Source of the DNA: Chiloscyllium plagiosum | Lineage: Eukaryota | Length of the DNA stretch: 29,478 bases | Direction: 5' to 3' | Assembly: GCF_004010195.1 (NCBI RefSeq) | Contig: NC_057718.1 | Span: 61,680,136-61,709,613, forward strand | Shown: positions 22,466 through 29,478 of the stretch, one piece after another | How the letters are laid out: each line of letters opens with the position of its first letter | Position numbering within the stretch: the first letter of the stretch is position 1 | Translations under genes and position numbers: made by a program | Notes under the pieces: model-generated | Database searches by the model: none | What the model saw: the letters and a program-made list of their open reading frames with translations, nothing else | What the model was told of the DNA's origin: nothing

Positions 22466-24419
22466 ATTAATGAGAATAACTATGTGTGAGATTATATGTG
22501 GGGTCAGTCATGATGTTCCAAAGGCAAGCAGCCAAAGATTGCTGTCCAAAATCATAGATTTTTAAAAAATGGTTCTTGTGGGGAGCAAATGGCAGCCAAA
22601 TTGCAAAACTGGAAGCCATTATGAGCAGCAATGTTGGGACAATTGATAAGAAAATTGAAAAGGAAATGAAATGAAACCAGAAATCAGATGAGGGCCTAAA
22701 GCACCAGGTATAATAAAGTATCAACTTATAAAGTCACTTTCAAAGATTTTCCTGCAAACCTTTGGCCTTAAATAAAATATCACCAATTACCGAGGTTAGA
22801 ATCTGAATTTGAAGAAAATATAAAGAGCAGTATACTCTCTGCACAGATAAAACAATTATGGATCATGTGAATAACCTGCAAAAGCAAACCAAAGGACTGT
22901 AGGGAGAAGGTGTCAAATAATGACACGCATTACTCCACCCCCCTCTGTTCCGGAATAAAATAATTTTTGACAAAAAAAAGATTAAAATGCTCAGTTACAG
23001 AACTTGTATCATTAGTACAAACTGTTGCAGTGTACACCCATGACCTTCCAGACAATGAAATGTTTTGCACAAAGCAGGGTCGTGGAAGGGATGAATCCAG
23101 AATAAATTGAATATTCTTTAATTATTTCTACAAGCTTATCGTTAAAGCGATGGAACATTGTACTTGATTTACCACATTGATTGGTTGACTTTGCTAAATA
23201 CACGTCCTGTACATAATGTGAAAACATCTTATTTCATTCCCAGCAGCCAAGGACAGTCTCTCCTTTCAGAGTAGAGTCTCCTGCATCATCTAAAGGGCAC
23301 GTCCATTTCTTGTGACACTTTAGGTAGCCTCTGAGTAGGAGTAAGATAAAAGAATGAATTTTAACAGTTAGAGCTTCCAGTGAGAGTTTCACTCGACAGG
23401 ATGCCAAATCAAACAAGTAAATGTAGAGGTCAGTGCACTAATCACAATTCTCCCATTTTTCCAGTCGTTAAAATGCATAGGCAAAAAATTGAGACATTGT
23501 GAACTGAGGCCATTGACCTATGAGCTCAATTGTTCGAACTGCGCTGCCATTGAGCAAAGCACTGCTCCTAGAGCACTAAATTATAAAATTTGCCACCAAA
23601 CATTAGTTACAGCTCCCTGTAAGACTCTGAGAAGGCATGTTCAATTAGACCACTTAAAGGAGAGATAACATAATTTGAAACCCCTTAAAACCAATGGTAA
23701 CAGAACGAAAAAAAAAACAATGGCCTTATGGATCTCACCAGTTAATGCGAATCAAAAAATGTAGCTCTGGTGAGAAAAGAAAGCCCATCCCTGTCTGGGA
23801 GAGGCCACAGGTAACTGCTGTATGACCATCATAACCGGGTGGCAGGAGACTGCCACCAAGAATTCATGGCCAACAATCCTCAGAGTATGCCGTGACCTTG
23901 GAGGGCTATCCCAGTCATACAGGAGGGGAGGGGGCCCATGACAACTGAGACCCAAGGTTTCCTTGAGGAGCCTTGGAGGAACATTACTGCCTCTTTATGG
24001 CTGCAAGGAAACTGTACAGAATTACTTTACTGGGCTTCATGTTGCTTTCGCTGCTGTTCACAAATAGGTTTAACCAATCATGGGAGCCACATCACTGCTC
24101 CCCAAATCAATGACAGATGAAGCTTTCATGACAGCATCAGACGCCAGTCTATATATTTAAAGAGGTCCTTCTTGGATTGAGGTAAGTATCATTGTTATGT
24201 GTGTGACCTTTGACTGAGAAACAATTAAAAAGTATAATGTCTTTAAAATGGAGAATCGATATTTGTTTTTATTTTGAAATGTTCTATTTAAAGTTAATAT
24301 TAATTGCAAAGGGAATTTTCTTAAATAGTATAAGGTACTGATCCATGTTACTTGGTGATTCAGAAGCAATACCAACAGGAGAGAAATCAACATATGAGAG
24401 CAATGTGGCAGACACTGTG

Positions 24420-24697
24420 GATAGAAGTTTATAAATTATGAGATGCATAGATAGGGTTGACAGTCAGAACTTTTTTCCAGTGTTGAAATATCTAATACCA
24501 GGGGTGGTGGTGGAGGCAAATATGATAGGTGGCATTTAAGAAGCTTTTAGATAAGCATATGCAAGAAATAGAGCAATACAGACCAAGAACAGACAGAAGG
24601 AAATAACTTAATTTAGGTGTCAGGTTCGGCACAACATTGTGGGTTGAAAGATCCATTCCTGTGCTGTACTGTTCTATATTGTAGGTTCTCTGTTCTA
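24420..24697 (+). mobile_element. CR1 LINE 3' end with internal deletion
   Basis: IEVYKxMRxIDRVD-like region, FKKLLDKHM, and tail ttcctgtgctgtactgttctat. Confidence 0.88.
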
Positions 24698-24774
24698 GAC
24701 ACAAAGGACAGCCAATCAGGTGGGAGAACAAAGAAGGCACCTTTACCAGTTTTAGAAAGGTATATCTTCATCAA

Positions 24775-24868
24775 GATCTAATGAATGGTCACTGGACTCA
24801 AACTGTTAATTCTAAATTCTTTCTACAGATGTGCTTTGTTTCTTCAGCAATTTCTCTTTCTGTTTCAA
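24775..24868 (+). mobile_element. Strongly decayed PLE family B terminal repeat
   Basis: ctaatgaatggtcactggactcaaactgttaattct aligns to the family B hammerhead at 28382-28418. Confidence 0.6.
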
Positions 24869-26549
24869 AATTTATTGAAAATGTATGTGCACTATATTTT
24901 CCACTAATTAAACAGAAGATAGAGTGAGTCAGGTCAACACAACAGAGTTAATTTGTTATATATGTATGCACCTCTAATTGGAGTGGAGTGTCTGTAGTTA
25001 CATATAAAATGGCACTAATGTCGCTTTTAAACTGTTAAATAATTCGCTATTTAAAATATGAACTTTGCTCCATGTGGAATCCTTTTCTCTTTTCTAGCTC
25101 TGACAAGATGGCTGCCAGAGGTCAGATGATCTGTGGTTTCGATGAACTAAGAGCAGGTGCAGACTCACTGCCTGTAAATGTCCTAAAGACAATAAACCTG
25201 CATTTCACTTCAAGGTGTTAATTACATATAGCCTGAAAAACCATCATAAGGTTTCTTGAATTGGATTGGTTTCCTTGAAATTCTGATGTCATTTTAAAGC
25301 ACCAAAGTGGATGTATTTATCAATGGGACAATAACTCAGAAACAACAAAGTGTGAAGTGACATGTCAGACTAAGAACAGCATCATATTTGGTAAAGAAAA
25401 CACAGGTGTAAGAAATCATTTGGTAAAACAGTCATCTCTAGCCATTTCTCTTTTGCCTGTACAAAAGAGGGGCACAGAAAATGGCAGCAACATTGGCACA
25501 CAAGTAAAATATGAAGGCTGTAACATTGTAAGATTTTGAAGCTTGTGTCATTTCAGGCCCACTAAAATTGTTGACTGATCCACAGTAAAGAAACTACAAG
25601 AAGCTGACTTCATGACCATCAAAAGTCCGTTATGTTGAGATAATCTTGTAAATTTTGATGCATGAACTCACCTAGGCAACTTTTCAAGTCTGAAGAAATG
25701 TCCATCAGGCCTACTATATACTGCTTGCAAACAAAGACAACCACAAGAATTATTAATATTATGACCAGATTTCACGTGAGTTACAGTTCTGGGGGAATAG
25801 CTCAAATTGTAAAGCCTCTGGTGAGAAGGAATGAACTGGTTCCTTTTTCTTTATTTTCCTTTGCCCCCTCAACAATTGGTTGCAACATTTTTTATTTGAA
25901 AAGGATTAATTCTCATGGGTACCTTTCTCCTAAACTACATGAATGTATGTTTCAAAATAATCAATTTCAAACAAGCTGTCTTGAATTAAAAAAAGGTTAA
26001 ATGATTAATGCAAGAAAAAGTCCCAATACTTCATCAGGTGTGACATTACATGATCTCTTTCTCTCTGCAGACACCACAGAAATTACATCCATAGTCATTT
26101 GGTTTGGTTGTAGCAGTTGTCATTTTAAAAAACATGTGTTGGAATGAAAAGTTCAACAGGTCCAAGGTGATCTGGGGTAACGAGTCATGGTCATGATATT
26201 ATCACTTTTTCTTTAAATAACTTGTAAAAGTGCACTGTTCTGTCTGATTATATTCCCTTGAGTTTTTTTGTGCTGTCATGACAATTAAACAGAACACAGA
26301 ATTACATGCAGACATATGGAGCCTTTGAAAAGAACATGTTTTCTCTTAACAAAGAGAGCAGTAAGACTGGCCGATAACATAACTTCAAAATCATGCCATA
26401 CACTGACTGCTGAAAGATTCCCTCTCTGAACCCGTGAATGATGCAACTTTTAGGGTGCTAAGAAAGAATGGGCTTTTGAAGGGCAATGTGCAAGATCACC
26501 TAATGACACGATTGGGGGCAGACGGGGGAGCTTTGGTGGGGGCAGGGTT

Positions 26550-26664
26550 NNNNNNNNNNNNNNNNNNNNNNNNNNNNNNNNNNNNNNNNNNNNNNNNNNN
26601 NNNNNNNNNNNNNNNNNNNNNNNNNNNNNNNNNNNNNNNNNNNNNNNNNNNNNNNNNNNNNNNN
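26550..26664. other. Assembly gap (~115 N) in a G-rich tract
   Basis: Run of N flanked by multiple G-runs. Confidence 0.98.
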
Positions 26665-27195
26665 GCGGACAGAGGGCGGGGGGGGGGGTGATAGCCTAGG
26701 GTTGGGATGGGGTGCAGACAGGTGGTGGGGAGATCGGGGGCGCGCACGCCGTGTGCTGCTGCCTAGTCTCCTGAACAGGGAGACAACTTAGCAAGTAATT
26801 GCTGTGAATCCCATTGAACTGATTGGGGTGGGGGAGGCTTCAGCAATGCTGCAGGTCCCTTACACACAAGTGTGTGTCTGTTCAGAAACAAACTCTGAGA
26901 CAGAGAGAGGGAGCAAGGCAAGCTGATCGAGGAAAAAGGAAACTTCAGAAAACTCCAAACCCCAGAGGAGAGGCATTAAATTGGTATGAGTTAAAACATA
27001 TGTTTATATTTTACCTTTCCAGGAATATACAAAATTGGTATATATCAAATCGATGCGTGTTCTGGATGTGTTAGCGGACCGATGTGCTACTGCATTGTCT
27101 AGTGTGCTGTGAAGGTCACAGCTTGAGGACAGTCATTGAATACCCTGCATTAAAGGTAAAGAGAAAGGGCAGTCTCGTGCTTTGAATAGTGCAAG

Positions 27196-27340
27196 GTGAA
27201 AGTGATGACTGCAGATACTGGAGATCAGAGTCAAGATGCCATCAAGAGTCCTGATGAAGGGCTTTTGCCAGAAATGTCGATTTTCCTGCTCCTCGGATAC
27301 TGCCTGACCTACTGTGCTTTTCCAGCACCACTCTAATCTT
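27196..27340. mobile_element. PLE family A insertion: inverted ~42-nt tail, short filler and truncated forward arm with hammerhead
   Basis: gtgaaagtgatgactgcagatactggagatcagagtcaagat (minus), then CTGATGAagggcttttgccaGAAAtgTC. TSD ctttgaat(a/g)gtgcaag at 27180-27195 and 27338-27353. Confidence 0.9.
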
Positions 27341-28315
27341 TGAATGGTGCAAGTTAACCATCAAGCAGGATACAAGAATTTCAGTGAACCTGTAAAATCA
27401 AGTATCTTGAAATTGACTACTTACCTATCAACATTAGTGCTACTGGTAACAGCCGGTGTAATGGCTCATTGTCATTGCTTCACAGAAGCCAGAGACAAAT
27501 CCATCATTCTTTTCTAAACTTTTATCTTTTGGACTCACCTGTCCGTTTTAATCTGTCTGTACGTATGTTGTGTTGTTAATCCCTCTAGCATTTAGTAACT
27601 CATAAAATAATTTTTCTGCTAAATCAAGAAGCCTGTTTAAATTGGCTCTTCATAAAACATAATTTGCTTTAGGAGAGAGGCATCTGTCTAGTTACAACCA
27701 ACCAAGGGGACTGATTAGAATAAAGAAGGAGAAGCAGCTCATTCCTCCTCACCTGGGAGTTTGACAAATTTGGGATAGACTATTTCCTGATGAATTGTAA
27801 TGAAGTAGGGAACCTTGCCACATCATCATCATGCTGTTACAACAAGAGTTTTGTGACCCAACCAGGTATCAGTGCAACTGAGCAGTTCTCCGTGTGTATT
27901 TGTATTATTCTCCATTAAATTCCCCAAAGATAGAAAATATTCTTTTTTCCCTTAAGTGCAGTGCAGGTGCTGCTTATTTTTGAGTAAAATTACACAAAAC
28001 AATTTCTTCAACAAAAATTGTGTCTCTTCCTATAATCTTGTTATGTGGAGTAAGAGGGATCAAAAATACATTATATACAAATATGTCTGCTGAATGTCAT
28101 TCATGGCCAGCAGAGAGCTGGATGATGTTGGAATGTTGTTTTGCATGCCTGGAACTCAATCAGCTGGGATATTGAAATGCCTCCATGCAGCACATGAAAC
28201 AGAGGTACAAACACACACAGAGCTGAAAAGGAAATGTATGGGGATAACAAAAATAGAGGGGACTTCAGCAGCTGCTCCTATGGCTTCAAGAACACCTGTT
28301 TCATTAGGATGTATG

Positions 28316-28495
28316 GCAGCATCTGTGAAGAGAAATCAGGTTAACTTTTCGGGTCCAGTGGCCCTTCCTCGGAACAATTCTGAGTTCTGACAGTCACTGG
28401 ACCCGAAACGTTAACTCTGATATCTCTCCACAGATGCTGCCAGACCTGCTAAGCTTCCCAAACAATTTCCAGCATCTGCATATGTTTTTTTTTTA
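28316..28495 (+). mobile_element. PLE family B fold-back insertion with hammerhead motifs
   Basis: Inverted arms at 28316-28375 and 28384-28441. The plus arm reads GAGTT-CTGA..gtcactggacccGAAAcgTT-AACTC (5-bp stem I, small core deletion). The minus arm reads ccgaggaagggccactggacccgaaaagtt. No clear TSD. Confidence 0.82.
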
Positions 28496-28512
28496 TTTCT
28501 TATTAATAATGT

Positions 28513-28902
28513 GAATAATTCTTCACCACTGAAACTAATAATGTGAACGTTCAGTCAATAGCTATGTACAATGCAGAGTTGTGGTGTTTTTCATTAGGTT
28601 TAATCGCAACACAGAAAATGCAGTTGTTCAAGACACTACTTCCATGTTAGGAAAACATTCAACATTATTACCATGGATATCCTGGACACCCCGTGCTGGC
28701 CTCCTACGAATAATTCTTCACCACTGAAACTAATAATGTGAACGTTCAGTCAATAGCTATGTACAATGCAGAGTTGTGGTGTTTTTCATTAGGTTTAATC
28801 GCAACACAGAAAATGCAGTTGTTCAAGACACTACTTCCATGTTAGGAAAACATTCAACATTATTACCATGGATATCCTGGACACCCCGTGCTGGCCTCCT
28901 AC
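28513..28902 (+). repeat. Tandem duplication, 2 x 195 bp
   Basis: 28513-28707 and 28708-28902 appear identical. Each unit is ~167 bp of flank plus the first ~28 bp of the PLE RT element. Confidence 0.97.
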
Positions 28903-29478
28903 CAGCCCTCGACCTCTTCATAGCCAACTGCCGCCGCGATATTAACCGCCACCTGAACTCCCCCACCCCTCTCACCCACTCCAACCTCTCACCCTCGGAA
29001 CGCGCAGCACTCTACTCCCTCCGTTGCAACCCCAACCTCACTATCAAACCAGCAGACAAGGGAAGCGCGGTAGTAGTTTGGCGCACCGACCTCTACACCG
29101 CTGAGGCCAAACGCCAGCTCGCAGATACCTCCTCCTACTGCCCCCTTGACCATGACCCCACCCCCCACCACCAAACCATCATCTCCCAGACCGTCCATAA
29201 CCTCACCACCTCGGGGGATCTCCCATCCACCGCCTCCAACCTCATAGTCCCACAACCCCGCACCGCCCGTTTCTACCTCCTGCCCAAAATCCACAAACCT
29301 GACTGCCCCGGACGACCCATCGTCTCAGCCTGCTCCTGCCCAACCGAACTCATCTCCTCCTACCTCGACACGGTCCTGTCCCCATTAGTCCAAGAACCCC
29401 CCACCTACGTTCGTGACACCACCCACGCCCTCCACCTACTCCAGGATTTCCGCTTCCCCGGTCCCCAACACCTCATCT
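28875..29478 (+). mobile_element. 5'-truncated Penelope-like element reverse transcriptase ORF (probably Neptune clade), open to the window end
   Basis: Stop-free frame SWTPRAGLLPALDLFIANCRRDI...TIKPADKGSAVVVW...RFYLLPKIHKPDCPGRPIVSACSCPTELISSYLD...TYVRDTT. DKG and PKIHK/RPIVS are hallmark PLE RT motifs. It has no ATG start, so it is absent from the ORF track. Confidence 0.95.

Noticed and set aside
23173..23330. Minus-strand acceptor with a CTAAC branch-like site and a gtaaat donor
   Set aside because: Stops in all three frames and no recognisable peptide; cannot be told from chance without RNA data.
26850..27775. Possible LTR ending ...tttgaca followed by aatttggg (primer-binding-site-like)
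   Set aside because: No defensible 5' boundary, TSD or intact primer-binding site.
28989..29294. 101-aa Gly/Val-rich minus-strand ORF
   Set aside because: Antisense shadow of the C-rich PLE RT frame on the plus strand.
1..29478. CRISPR array, operon or prokaryotic defence system
   Set aside because: Eukaryotic repeat landscape with no regularly spaced repeat-spacer units and no gene-dense coding.

Overview
This is repeat-dense vertebrate genomic DNA, almost certainly from a shark. That assignment is inferred from HE1/V-type tRNA SINEs together with CR1, Rex1/Babar, Tx1 and Penelope-like elements; an orectolobiform is plausible but unproven. I recognise no host protein-coding gene. Nearly every ORF in the track is either a decayed retroelement fragment or noise, and the only long clean reading frame is a 5'-truncated Penelope-like (PLE) reverse transcriptase running off the right edge (28875-29478). 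The most interesting signal is about ten short PLE terminal-repeat insertions from two families. Most carry minimal hammerhead ribozyme cores, several are fold-back hairpins, and six have target-site duplications (TSDs). One hairpin (2428-3172) has a loop made entirely of copied neighbouring DNA: about 74 bp from just downstream, split by a ~97%-identical 388-bp inverted copy of 385-772. Other features are two Tx1 3' ends stacked at the same 12-bp site inside a small solo LTR, a four-level TE nest (9.6-17.7 kb), an apparently exact 195-bp tandem duplication across the PLE 5' junction, and a mostly unique AT-rich block (22.5-26.4 kb) with candidate splice and enhancer signals. All alignments and counts were done by eye, and boundaries of decayed elements are approximate.
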